Made by a program: the position numbers and the translations under genes
Origin: Mobula hypostoma
Lineage: Eukaryota
DNA: 64,000 nucleotides
Direction of reading: 5' to 3'
Assembly (NCBI RefSeq): GCF_963921235.1
Contig: NC_086109.1
Location: 27,096,001-27,160,000 of the forward strand
Shown here: one piece after another, positions 39,265-52,142 of the stretch
How positions within the stretch are numbered: position 1 is the stretch's first letter
How the letters are laid out: each line of letters starts with the position of its first letter
The notes under the pieces: generated by a model
What the model was told of the DNA's origin: nothing
The model's database searches: none
What the model saw: only the letters and a program-made list of their open reading frames with translations

Positions 39265-39945
39265 ATCCAGCCCTATAGCAAAGAAAACCCAGCAGTGTCT
39301 CTACTTTCTGCGAAGGTTGAGAAAAGTCCATCTCCTACCACCCATCCTCACCACATTCTACAGAGGTTGTATCAAGAGCATCCTGAGCAGCTGCATCACT
39401 GCCTGGTTTGGAAATTGCACTATCTTGGATCGCAAGACCCTGTAGCGGATAGTGAGTTCAGCTGAGAAGATCATCGGTGCCTCTGTTCCCACCATTACAG
39501 ACATTTACACCACATGCTGCATCTGCAAAGCAAACAGCATTATGAAGGACCTCATGCACCACTCATATAATCTCTTCTCCCTCCTGCCATCTGGCAAAAG
39601 GCACTGAAACATTCGGGGTCTCATGACCAGACTATGCAACAGTTTCTTCCCCCAAGCCATCAGACTCCTCAATACCCAGAGCCTGGACTGACAGCAACCT
39701 ACTGCTCTCTATTGTGCCTATTGTCTTGTTTATTATTTATTGTAATGCCTGCACTGTTTTGTGCACTTTATGCAGTCCTGGGTAGGTCTGTAATCTAGTG
39801 CAGTTTTTGTGTTGTTTTACGTAGTTTAGTGTAGTTTTTGTATTGTTTCATGTAGCACCATGGTCCTGAAAAACGGTGCCTTGTTTTTACTGTGTACTGT
39901 ACCAGCAGTTATGGTCGAAATGACAATAAAAAGTGACTTGACTTG
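39265..39945 (+). mobile_element. Rex1/Babar 3' fragment nested in CR1
   Basis: KKTQQCLYFLRRLRK..LTTFYRGCIKSILSSCITAWFGNC; (GACTT)n tail. Confidence 0.85.
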
Positions 39946-40051
39946 ATAGAACGGTGGGTGGAGCGGTAGGTAGTGATGAGGAAGCAATGCAATTACAGCA
40001 GGATGTAGACAAATTGGAAGAATGGGCAAAATAGTGGCAGATGGAATAGTG

Positions 40052-40670
40052 TTAGATTAGATTAGATTAGATTAGATTTTGAGGACACGCAGTCCTCTTT
40101 TATTGTCATTTAGTAATGTCCTCCGGTGTGATATCACAGAAACACAGGACAGACCAAGAGTGAAAAACTAACAAAAACGACATAATTATAACATATAGTT
40201 ACAACAGTGCAACAATACTATAACTTGATGAAGAACAGGCCATGGACACAGTAAAAAGTTCAAAGTCTCTCGAAAGTCCCACATCTCATACAGACGGGAG
40301 AAGGAAGAAAACTCTCCCTGCCATGCCCGACCACAGTCCGACTCTGAGTCATCCGAAAACTTCGAGCTCCGATCAGCCCTCCGACACCGAGTACCAAACA
40401 CCATCTCTGCGGAATGCTTCGACCCCAGCCTCGGTCGCCAGCAGCAGGCAAAGCTGGGGATTTTGGGGCCTTCCTTCAGGAGATTCTTGATCGCACAGTA
40501 GCAGTGGCAGTGAACTGGGCATTTCAGAAACTTCTCCAAATGTTCCTCTGTGCCTTCTCACGTCTGTCTCCATCAAATCAGAATTGTGCACGGCATCCTA
40601 CTTACAAATGTGATATCATTTCACTGGAGAGCTGCGTGCTGCGTCGCGCCGTCATCTTCTCCTCCCGCCC
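40052..40670 (-). mobile_element. Non-autonomous retroelement with Rex1-like ends, copy 1
   Basis: (TTAGA)n tail; reverse complement of 51318-51975. Confidence 0.7.
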
Positions 40671-41459
40671 TTAAGAAATATATGATAAATCATTTTGGTA
40701 TAAGGAACGATAGTACAGAATATTATCTAATTGGGGAGAAAACTTAAACATCAGAGGTTCAAAGGTACTACGGTCCTCGTTCAAGACTCCCAGAAGGTTA
40801 TTTTACAGGTTGAATCTGTGGTAAAGAAGGCAAATGTAATGTTGGCATTCATTTCATGGGGAATAGAATATAAAAGCAAGAAGATAATTCTGAGGTTTTC
40901 TAAGACACCAGTCAGGTTGCACTTGGAGTATTGTTAGCAGTTTAGGGCTCCATATCTCAGATTGGAGAGTCCACAGAAGGTTCATGGAGATGATTCCAGG
41001 AATGAAAGGGTTAACATATGAGGAGCGTTTGGTAGCTTTGATCCTGTACTCACCGGAATTTAGAAGAATGCGGCGGTTGGAGAGGGGTCTCATTGAAACC
41101 TACCAAATGTTGAAAGGACTAGATAAGATGGATGTGGAGGAAATGTTTCCTATGGTGGGGGTGTCCAGAACTAGAGGGCACAGCCTCAAAATTGAGGGGC
41201 TACCCTTTAGAACAGAGTAAGGAGGAATTTTTTAACCAGAGAGTAGTGAATCGGTGGAATGGTCTGCCACAGAGTGCTGTGGAAGCCAAGACAGTGGGTA
41301 TATTTAAAGCGAAAGTTAATAGTTTCCTGATTGGTCAGGGCATCAAAGATTATGGTGACGAAGCAGGTGTATGGGGTTGAGTGGGATCTGGGATCAGCCA
41401 TGATGGAATGGTGGAGCAGACTCGATGGGTTGAATAGGGTAATTCTGCTTCTATATCTT

Positions 41460-41772
41460 AGAAACATAGGAACATAGAAAATAGGTGCAGGAGTAGGCCA
41501 TTCGGCCCTTCGAGCCTGCACCGCCATTTATTATGATCATGGCTGATCATCCAACTCAGAACCCTGCCCCAGCCTTCCCTCCATACCCCCGGATCCCCGT
41601 AGCCACAAGGGCCATATCTAACTCCCTCTTAAATATAGCCAATGAACTGGCCTCAACTGTTTCCTGTGGCAGAGAATTCCACAGATTCACCACTCTCTGT
41701 GTGAAGAAGTTTTTCCTAATCTCAGTCCTAAAAGGCTTCCCTTTTATCCTCAAACTGTGACCCCTCGTTCTG
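41460..41772 (-). mobile_element. Young CR1 3' end, tail-to-tail with the preceding CR1
   Basis: Near-identical reverse complement of ~634-940 and ~57750-58048. Confidence 0.92.
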
Positions 41773-44700
41773 GTTGTGTGTTTGGTGTGTGTTTAAGTAA
41801 TAGAAATATTTGCAGAAAATGGCTTATATATGGCAAGATATTTCTGGGACACTGTAAAAATCTGAATTCTACAGCTTCTTGATCAATGAGGAGTTAAAAA
41901 TTTTGAATGTTTGTTGTAATGCAAATTTGCATTTATCTATCCTGATTCCTTTCACTGCTCAGTACTTGAAACACTGCATAATTATCTCTTGGGAGACAAC
42001 TGTTTTCTTTGTGCTTCCAAAATCGTCATCAAATCTCGATCCCAGATGAAGTATAACTCTCCTCTTGAAATCAGAGCTCCCAGGTATTGCCTTAGGAGAA
42101 TGATAAAGCCTTTATCTCCCTAATTATCTTTGTTCTTCTGCCTATATTTGTTTCCTCTTTTATGGTTCTATGAAATGCTTGCAGATATAACCAAATCCAA
42201 TTAAAATCAGGTTGTAACTCCCATAACAGTCAGCATCCAATAATTTCAACCATTGATTGTCTCCACCAAACCTTCATTTTATTCACTGAGGCATACTGTA
42301 TACAATTTAAATTTTCATCTAATTTTGCCATCATTTGTTACTGGAGAGAAAGAAAGCACAACAGGCTGCAGAAATCTATGGATAACATCTGCATTGTACT
42401 GAATGCAAGGACACAGTGTTTTGGGTTCCTTCCATTCACCAGTACGCTGAAAGTACCTACAGCTTTCCTAGCATTTAATTTTCTTTTAATTAAATAATTC
42501 AGACTTTTCCATTAATCCATCATAATATCATCCAAATCCCTTCCAACCCCTTTAGGATTCCCCACTTCTTCAATGCCTGTATTGTTAGCAAACCAGCTGG
42601 AGAGCACCTTTTTCCACACTATTTAATAATTGACATGCTTGGAAGTTTCCTCTGAATGTTGATAGTATCCAGATGTAACAACAATATATACAGTATGGAA
42701 GAAAATTCGGATACTCCAAGTATATTATGGACCATCTTTTCATCTTATATAGAATTTATGCCTGTAGTAAGTATTCAGACTCTACAGATTTCAGGTAATT
42801 TAGAACCATTTTACCATAATTTTTTTATTGCTCACTGAGTGTGGTTTCAGCTACGGAATAACATCATGGAAGCTGAAACTCAAAATGCTCAACAAAATTT
42901 AACTGTAAATTGTTCCCATTGTTTATGACCCGATTAGCGTTACACAACCACTCTGTCTTTTTACATACTGCAGATTAATTCAAAAGCACTATAATTGGCA
43001 GTTAAATAGAAAGGAATGTGGTATATGTTTGTTTTCTACATCATGCAACCTGCTTTTTCAAATTGTGTAATTTATGCTTTCAATTTCTCTTACCAGAACA
43101 TCACTGTATTTGTTTTCTATAGTATGAACTCAAATGATGCAGCTTCATCTCTTAAAATACGTTTAGCAAAAATAATCCCAATGCAAATTCTGATGGCATG
43201 ATAATGCAAATAGAAAAAGGGCTTTTTTTTCCCGTTACATTTGTAATATAAGCTGTTATCTTTGTACACTATGATTTACTTCAGTAACTTCCTTTTGTAA
43301 TATCATCTGGACTGATCCAGACTCTTGATTCCAATCGAACCAAACATATGGGAGGTGAATACCCTAGTATATGTTTAAGGGTAGTGACTAAGGGTAACAT
43401 TCTCCCCTTTTGACTTCTTGAACTGATGGAACAAGTTTAGGTCATCTAAAATCTTCAAATGCAGCTTTGAGTCAAATGTTTGATACGGCTTTTGTGTAAA
43501 TATTTGCCTTATCAAATATTTGACAGTAAGCCACACTAAGGAATTCTAGATGACCAAAATTATTTGGATACTTTGCTATGGCAACTGGAGATTGGTGTTG
43601 TTGATGTTACAAAGTAACATGTCAACCTAGATTTTTTTATTTGAAGATCTGATATTTTTTGTGCTCATTTAGCTAGAAATATGAGGAATTAATTTTTATG
43701 TCAAGAAATGAACTATCTGAAGTACACAATTAAGGCTCAACTTCATTCGATATTTACATTTACATGTATTAAGAATTTGCTAGTGCAATATTCAACAAAA
43801 ATGAACTAAAATATTCACAGTTATAAAGAATAAAGAATTACATAAAAATAAAATTAGAGATTAAAGTATGGATTTGAAATATAATGAACATAAATACATA
43901 CACACCAGCATGTATTTACAATGTAAACAGCATTGTAAAAGATGTTTACAGTGCAGTGCAGTGACTGAGGTAATAGATAGAGGGCAGATGCATGAGCCAA
44001 GTTCCTTGAAGCAGTGAAAGAGAATTGAAAACTTTGCCTCATCAACGGCTTATCATAATAGTCTTGCTTATCAGACATATTCCCCATCTTTCCTGTTCCC
44101 ACATCCCTGTGCAACTTAAAGCAAACTTGTTTTCTCTCTTTCCTAGTTCTGACAAAGGCTCTTTAATCTGAAATGTGACCTCTGATTTTCTTTTTGTGGA
44201 TACTTCCTGATGTTTCCAGCACCTCCTGTTTTTATTTCAGTTTTCCAGCATCTGCAGGATTTGATTTCATAAATTCAATCAACATTGATATTCAACAAAA
44301 ATCAAATCCAAATGTACTCCGTGGTAGAAACAGAAAAAAACTTTGAAATAATGAGAAATAAATGGACCTTAGATAAAACCTTTATTTAAACAAGTGTATT
44401 AGCTCAAACCTTTATTGAAATATTGAGTTCTTAATGTACTCTAAAATACACATTGACAGTGAAATTACTTGGGACATGCTAACTAAAATAAACAAAAGCA
44501 ATTCTTTTATTTCCTTCTAAAGTCCAACTAGCATATGTCTGGAGAAGATTGCTTCAAATTCTTTTGCTACGTACACCATTATTAGACGGTAATGATTAAC
44601 GCAAACTCTCAGACATGCAAGATATATTAATGTAGATGTCACTTACTATTTCAGAATATGTTTGGGCTGACTGCTGCTGTTCACAGCATTTCTGTTGATG

Positions 44701-45156
44701 CTTGTGATAGGACTCAGATTTACTCAATCTATTAATTTTTCAGTCTATACAATACAGTGCAGTGGATTAGAGAAGTTCAATATTTCTTTGCGGACATTTG
44801 GTGGGTCAAGAAATCCCAAAGCAACAAGAAGGAAATCAATGATACTTCATTTCGAAGCAACAACAAGATGACACACAATGCAGATGAAATTCACACTTAC
44901 ACAGAACTTTTTAGTGGATCTCTTTTTAGACACATACACTAAATCATAAAAACCTAATATAAGAATCCGAATCAGAATTAGGTTTATTATCACTGGCATG
45001 TGACATGAGATTTGTTAACTTAGCAGCAGCAGTTCAATACATAATATAGAAAAAAAACCGAAATAAAAAATATATATGTAAATCAATTATGGTATATGTA
45101 TATTGAATAGATTAAAAATAGTGCAAAAAACAGAAATACCGTATACTAAAAAAGTG

Positions 45157-46286
45157 AACAACAGGAATTCTGCAGATGCTGGAAATTCAAGAAACACACA
45201 TCAAAGTTGCTGGTGAACGCAGCAGGCCAAGCAGCATCTGTAGGAAGAGGTGCAGTCGACGTTTCAGGCCGAGACCCTTCGTCAGGACTAACTGAAGGAA
45301 GAGTGAATAAGGGATTTGATGTTGGAGGGGGAGGGGGAGATCCAAAATGATAGGAGAAGACAGGAGGGGGAGGGATAGAGCCGAGAGCTGGACAGGCGAT
45401 AGGCAAAAGGGGATACGAGAGGATCATGGGACAGGAGGTCCGGGAAGAAAGACAAGGGTGGGGGACCCAGAGGATGGGTAAGAGGTATATTCAGAGGGAC
45501 AGAGGGAGAAAAAGGAGAGTGAGAGAAAGAATGTGTGCATAAACATGAGTAACAGATGGGGTACGAGGGGGAGGTGGGGCCATAGCGGAAGTTAGAGACG
45601 TCGATGTTCATGCCATCAGGTTGGAGGCTACCCAGATGGAATATAAGGTGTTGTTTCTCCAACCTGAGTGTGGCTTCATCTTTACAGTAGAGGAGGCCGT
45701 GGATAGACATGTCAGAATGGGAATGGGATGTGGAATTAAAATGTGTGGCCACTAGGAGATCCTGCTTTCTCTGGCGGACAGAGCGTAGATGTTCAGCAAA
45801 GTGGTCTCCCAGTCTGAGTTGGGTCTCGCCAATATATAAAAGGCCACATCGGGAGCACCGGACGCAGTATATCACCCCAGTCGACTCACAGGTGAAGTGA
45901 TGCCTCACCTGGAAGGACTGTTTGGGGCCCTGAATGGTGGTAAGGGAGGAAGTGTAAGGGCATGTGTAGCACTTGTTCCGCTTACACGGATAAGTGTCAG
46001 GAGGGAGATCAGTGGGGAGGGATGGGGGGGACGAATGGATAAGGGAGTTGTGTAGGGAGCGATCCCTGCGGAATGCAGAGGGGGGGGAGGGAAAGATGTG
46101 CTTAGTGGTGGGATTCCGTTGGAGGTGGCGGAAGTTACGGAGAATAATATGTTGGACCCGGAGGCTGGTGGGGTGGTAGGTGAGGACCAGGGAACCCTAT
46201 TCCTAGTGGGGTGGCGGGAGGATGGAGTGAGAGCAGATGTACGTGAAATGGGGGAGATGCGTTTAAGAGCAGAGTTGATAGTGGAG
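45157..46286 (-). mobile_element. Penelope-like element, well-preserved 3' part with GIY-YIG endonuclease
   Basis: ORF 45288..45908: FTCESTGVIYCVRCSRCGLLYIGET..RLGDHFAEHLRSV..VATHFN..EKQHLIF..PDGMN. Confidence 0.92.
45253..45290 (-). ncRNA. Minimal type I hammerhead ribozyme (PLE-associated)
   Basis: Minus strand UAGUC-CUGACGA-AGGGUCUCGGCCU-GAAAC-GUC-GACUG: stem I AGUC/GACU, intact CUGANGA and GAAA cores, stem II hairpin, palindromic ACGU stem III, GUC triplet. Confidence 0.78.
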
Positions 46287-46289
46287 ATG

Positions 46290-47072
46290 ATCTGGATGAT
46301 AATGTGATATAGCTGAATCAGCAGGTTTGCAGATGACACCAAGATTTGGAGTGTAGTGGACAGGTCGGAAGGCTATCATGGTTTGCCGAGGGATCTGGAC
46401 CAGCTGGAAAAATCGGCTGAAAAATGGTGGATGGAATTTAACGCAGACAAGTGTGACGTGTTGCACTTCAGTAGGACCAACCAGGATAGGTCTTACAGAG
46501 TGAACATTGAGGAGTGTGGAAGAGTGAGGCCTAACTTGGAGTATTGTGTGCTATTTTGGTCATCTACCTACAGGAAAGATGTAAATAAGGTTGAAAGAGT
46601 ACAGAGAAATTTACAAGAATGTTGCCAGGTCTGGAAGACCAGAGTTATAAAGAAAGATTGAATAGATTAGGACTTTTTTCCTTAGAACACAGAAGACTGA
46701 GAGAAGATTTGAAAGAGGTATACAAAATTATGAGGGATACAGATAGGGTAAATGCATGCAGGCTTTTTCCACTGAGGTTGGGTGGGGCTGCAACCTGAGG
46801 TCATGGGTCAAGGGTGAAAGGTGAAAAGTTCAAGGGGGAACATGAGGGGAAACTTCTTCACTCAGAGGTCCTGAGAGTGTGGAATGTGCTGCCAGCACAA
46901 GTGGTGCATGCAAGATTGATTTCAATGTTTAAGTGAAGTTTGTATAGGTACATGGATGGTAAGGGTACAGAGGGCTACAGTGCAGATCGATGGAAGTAGG
47001 CAGCTTAAATAGTTTCAGCATGGACTAGGTAGGCCGAAGGGCCTATTTCTGAGCTACTTCTCTATGACTCTA
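46290..47072 (+). mobile_element. CR1 LINE 3' fragment with internal deletions
   Basis: RFADDTKI..RDLDQLEK..FNADKCDVLHF..VRPNLEYC; CR1 3' UTR. Confidence 0.85.
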
Positions 47073-47237
47073 ATGTCTCTGAAACATAGCAATTGTATCC
47101 GACTCTACCACTTCTTCCGGCAGTGAATTCCAGGGATCAACCACTCTGTTTTTGAAACTTTCTCCTCAAATTCTTAAAACTGCTACCTCACCTCCTTGTT
47201 TTTAATACCTCTACCAAGGGAAAAAGATTCGGTCTGG

Positions 47238-48483
47238 TATAACCCAGGTTATTTAAACCCAAAGATGTAACGTTAGAAATCTCCACCTGTGGAGAATTGA
47301 AAATGAGGTTCACTGAATTTTTTTTAAAAAAGAGAACTTGGGGAGAAAAAAAACTATGTGAGAACAAGGCGTGGCTGATTATGAAAGGAGCAGACAAGCG
47401 ATAGAAAAGCAGCAAACTATTAGATACTAGAGATATAAATTGTTAAAAGTGGAATTAGCAGTGAATATCTTTACCCTACTTACTTGTAAACGTCAGCATG
47501 AAACCCCTGGAGGAGAGACGATATCAATAAAAGGTTTATTGAAGCTACGGCTATAACAAGCCACAGTGATAGTAAGATAGATCGGCAGAGATGAGTGTCC
47601 AAGCTGTTTACCATGTAACCGGGAATTAGTTCTGTTAAATTATACGAAGGGATTTGGTCAAGTTTTTTTTTGTGTAAATTTTGACTTTCCATGGATAAGC
47701 CACTGTTTCATCCAACGAACCTAGAAACACAATGGTGAGCTACCCAAAATTGAAGAACCAGCACCAGAATGAATTGTTTCATGATGTAGAGGATTTAATA
47801 CGGTTGGATGTATAAGTTTACTTCTCATTCGAAGGATCTGAATTTGATTTTCTGGAAGAACTAATTATTTTTGCAAAGACTTTGATAAGTGACCGAATGA
47901 GATTTACTTTGTCTAAAGGTTGTGATGTTGAAGAATCTGTGAAAGGAGTTAAGCTGTACATTTATGTGTGTTTGTATGTGTGTGTGCATATATATAAATG
48001 TGTGTGTGTATAGATTTGAATTTTTAGATATACTGACTTGAACTGAAACTAAAGTTAACCATAATACTTAAGAATAGGGATTCAATTAGTTTTCTAATTA
48101 ACTAGGAATAAATAGAGAGGCAATTGTTAGTCTGTAAACCTTTAAGTAGGGAATAACGCCAAATCTAATTAGACAAATTAAGGTAATAAAGGTTATTCTA
48201 ATGAATATCACTGATTCTAACTAAGAAGGAATTTGGCTTTCATTTGATACCTGAGACTTGGAACCTAAACAGAATGTTGGAATTTTGAATTGTTTTATTC
48301 ATATAACTATTTTGTATATATTGTTATTTTATAAATTTACTTCCAGAAATGCGTGTTTTCTATTCGCTGCCTCCTTTCAATACCTAAAGCTTCTGATGGC
48401 CTATTAGCACCTAGTGTAGTAGATTTTCTCAGATTGTAGTGAGCAGTCACATGAGATAAAACAAGCACTACACATGTGTTACA
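47238..48483 (+). mobile_element. Long (~1.25 kb) solo LTR-like element inserted in an antisense CR1 remnant
   Basis: TATAACCCAGG (TGTAA-like) start, GTGTTACA end; inverted homolog at 18641-19817; CR1-like sequence continues on both sides. Confidence 0.75.
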
Positions 48484-48525
48484 CTATCAATACCTCTTAT
48501 AATTTTATATGCAGATTTTTCAACT

Positions 48526-49400
48526 ACAGCGCAAGATTTCATAATGTAAGTTGGATATAATGTGATTGATTGATTAAAGAGCACAATTTGTATTATGTCG
48601 GCCACCATTTTTTACAATACATTCCAATGCCAAGCATTACCTAATTTTGGAAAGAGCTTCAATATCAAGCAAGCAGTAGACAACATTTCAGAGGCCTAGA
48701 GATGGCTTGCAGGGAGTATGGTGAAAGTGTTCTCCGGGGTCTTATCAATTATTTTAAAGGCTTTGAGCCTGGAAAAGAATATTCTAAATTAAACCAACAG
48801 TATGTGGCCTTGGCTAGGCAGCTCTGGTTTGAAATGGAGGAGGAGGAGGAGTATGGTGAGGAATTACTCGAGCCCCATCGAGAAGAGGTTTCCACTGAAG
48901 ATCTGCAACTGCTGATTTCTGAGGCTAACGTAATTTATTCAGGATACCCAGGGATCTGTACCTTGAGAGATTGCCTCTTTTCTTATGTCCTTTGCACTGC
49001 AAGAAATTGATAAGCAACTGTCGTGGCTTGAGGACATTGAGCACAACAGGAAAGCCGGTTATTCTATAAAAGCTGCTTTTTCACCTTATTACGAGCTGCT
49101 ACAGGAAACATGGCAAAAAATAGACTCATACTTCAAGCCTCAAAACCGTAAAAAGAGAAAGCACAGCCACCTGTGCCTGGTGTCCTAATCTTTCTTGCCA
49201 GATCTCCAGCCCTACCAGCTAGTTATTCATCTGAAATTGATGACCCTCAGCTCTATTCATTGTAATTTCAACCTTCATGTCTTCCTCCATAACCTTCATC
49301 CTATTTGCACAAGTTTATTTATTTTACACACTTACACCATGTTTCTTTTTACGGTCTAAATAGCTTTTTATAAATTTGCAGTTTAATGTCTCTGCCTTAC
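48526..49400 (+). mobile_element. Tigger/pogo-type transposase C-terminal remnant
   Basis: KSFNIKQAVDNISEA*, FKGFE..VALARQLWFE..EELLEPHREEVSTEDLQLL, KIDSYFKP. Confidence 0.7.
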
Positions 49401-49568
49401 TAAGGCAAGTGCACCACTTACATTCTTCACCATCCCATCGATCACCTTCAAGGAATGTTGGACTTGAATGCCAAGTTCAGCAATGAGAGCCAAAGTGAAG
49501 GGGAAATGCTGGGCAGGCTAGGACATTATTTATTGGAGTGTAGGAGACTGAAAGGTAACCTATAATGT

Positions 49569-49856
49569 CAAAGGCATCCGTTAGTCTTGCGAGACCATGG
49601 ATCTGTGCCTGGAAAGTCTTCACTCTCCAGGGCGCAGGCTTGGGCAAGGTTGTATGGAAGACCAGCAGTTGCCCATGCTGCAAGTCTCCCCTCTCCACGA
49701 CACCGATGTTGTCCAAGGGAAGGGCATTAGGACCCATACAGCTTGGCACCGGTGTCGTCGCAGAGCGATGAGTGATTAAGTGCCTCGGTTGGGGCTCAAA
49801 CTCATGATCTTCAGGTCGCTAGTCCAATGCCTTAACCACTTTGCCATGGGCCCACT
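49569..49856 (-). mobile_element. tRNA-head SINE with an RTE-like body, inserted in CR1
   Basis: Head at 49775-49852 matches the 13002-13278 SINE head but the body differs; TSD CCTATAATGT (49559-49568) / CCTATGATGT (49857-49866). Confidence 0.78.
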
Positions 49857-49859
49857 CCT

Positions 49860-51080
49860 ATGATGTATGTGTATAAAATAATGAGAGGTATAGACAGGTT
49901 GAAAACACACAGCCTTTGTTCCACGGTAGAGTAGTCTAAAACTAGGGAACAGGTTTATTGTGAGAGGGGAATGACTTAAAAGGGACCTGGGGAGCAACTT
50001 CTCCACACAGAGGATAGTGTGAATATGGAGTGAGCTACCAGAGGAAGTGATTGAGGTAGGTACAATAACAACATTTAAAAGACAATCGGACTGGTACATG
50101 GACGATAGGGATTATCGTCAAGCAGCGATCACCCGGGACATGTCCTCTTCTCATTGCTAACATCAGGAAGGAGCTCCTAGAGCCTGAAGGCACACACTCA
50201 GCAATTCTGGAAGAGGCTTCTTCCCCTCCGCCATCGATTTCTGAATGAACAATGAACCCATGAAACACTATCTCACTACATTTTTATTTAACTATTAGAT
50301 ATGTATATTATATGTTAGATATGTTCTTTTATATATATATTTACTGTAATTCAGTTTTTTTACTATTTTGTATTTCATTGTTCTGCTGTAGCAAAAACAA
50401 CAAATTTCATAACACATGCCAGTGATGTTAAACCTGATTTTGATCCTGATTCTGATTTGGAAGAATATGGGCCAAATATAGGCAAATAGGACTAAATTAG
50501 AGAAGCATTTTCGTCAGTATGGATGAAGTGGGTCAAAGGACCTATTTCTGTGTTCTAGATATTACCTCACTCTTGTTGGGTTCAATTCACTCTGCCAGCA
50601 CCCTGTCTGATCTATATCCTGCTGTGGCTTTAGACAACCTTTCTCACTATTCATAATGCCATCAAGTTTCCTGTCACCCTCACAGTTCCTTATCCTTCCT
50701 CCTTCATTCATGTCCAATTCATTAATATATGTTACAAACAAAAAAAGTGTCGGCATTGATGGCTGTGATATACCAATCAGAGAAGCAATTTCCACCACTA
50801 CCACCTACCTCGTATCACCAAACCAGGTTTGGATTTGAGGTGTCTTAAACATCTGGACCATCCTACCATGTGCCCTACTGAAATCTATATTGACAACATC
50901 TACCACCTGGCCTTCATTGATCATCTTAGTTACCACCTCAAAACACTGAATCAATTTTAGTGAGGTAGGATTCCCCTGCACCAAGTCATGCTGACTATCC
51001 CTAAACAGCTCCTGCCTTACTAAATGTACATAAATCTAATCCTTTAGGATTTTCCAACCATTGACATAAGGCTCATCCTC
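49860..51080. mobile_element. Mosaic of CR1 (+, 49860-50540), nested Rex1 3' end (~50115-50455) and antisense CR1 RT pieces (~50545-51080)
   Basis: FSTQRIV.IWSELPEEV; GATTCT-type tail; minus-strand YINELD..QQDIDQ. Confidence 0.65.
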
Positions 51081-51317
51081 CTTTAAGCCTTCCAAGACAT
51101 CAACTTAAACTTTTTTGATGGTAATTAATTCCAGAATTGGACCGTGCCTTCCAACAGAGTAATGTGGACATTCTACTGCTGGTGCCTTGCTGAGCAGAAG
51201 GTAGTATTGCAAATGATGTTCTGGAATCACCCTGTTAATGCCTTTGTGGATCTCGGCAGAAGAATTACTTGAAAACATCTTGTTTGATATTACCTAACAT
51301 GCTAAAATGCTGATAAT

Positions 51318-51975
51318 GGAGGAGAAAATGGTGGGGCGATGCAGCCACGCGGCCTCTCCAGTGATGAATATCTGTTATCTGTCAAGTAGGGGGCCGTGCA
51401 CAATTCTGACTTGATGGAGGCAGACGTGAGAGCACAGTTTCTGGTGAAACTTCTGAAATGCCTGTTTCGCTGCCGCCGCTACTGTGTGATCCGAAATCTC
51501 TGGAGGGGAAGGCCCTGAATCCTTGGCTTTGCCTGTTGCTTGGTGGCCGGGGCCGGGGTCGAAGAGCTCGGCAGAGATGGTGCTCGGTGCTCGGTGTCGG
51601 AGGGCTGGTCGGAGGCTGGAAGTTTTTGGACGGATTCAGAGTTGGACTGTGGTCGGGTACTTCCAGGATACTGCATTGGCAGGTTTGCGGCGCTGGAAGC
51701 TCATGGCAGGGAGAATTTCTCCTGTCAACTGTCTGCATGAGATGTTGGGCTATCGGGACTTTGAGACTTTTTTTTACTGTGCCCATGGTCTGCTTTTATC
51801 AAATTACGGTATTGTTTTGCACTGTTGTAACTATGTTATAATTATGTGGCTTTTGTCAGTTTTAGTCTTGGTCTGTCTTGTGTTTCTGTGATATACTGGA
51901 GGAACATTGTATCATTTTTTAATGCATGCATTTCTAAATGACAATAAACGAGGACTGAGTGTCCTCATAATCTAA
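51318..51975 (+). mobile_element. Non-autonomous retroelement with Rex1-like ends, copy 2
   Basis: GGAGGAGAAAATGG 5' end, CpG-rich body, AAATGACAATAAA..CATAATCTAA 3' end; homologous to 40052-40670. Confidence 0.7.
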
Positions 51976-52142
51976 ATAATCTATTAGGGGTTTCAGTGAT
52001 GCTGAACTGAGAGATTTTCTGGACATTACATGTTATTTCTAGTATTACCCCAGCACCTTTTAATATACCTCCTTTAACATGTTATATAATACTATACGTT
52101 TTCTGGTTAATCTGGTATTGATTTATTGATTGATTGATTGAT

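Larger units (their letters stand above)
37715..41460 (+). mobile_element. Long decayed CR1 LINE carrying three nested insertions
   Basis: PWLTREVKDCI, ELNEYFASVFT, KSPGPDG/LHPRVLKE, LDFQKAFDKVPH, SGVLQGSVLG..KFADD, then C-terminus and tail; split at ~38378-38625, ~39265-39945 and ~40052-40670. Confidence 0.88.
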
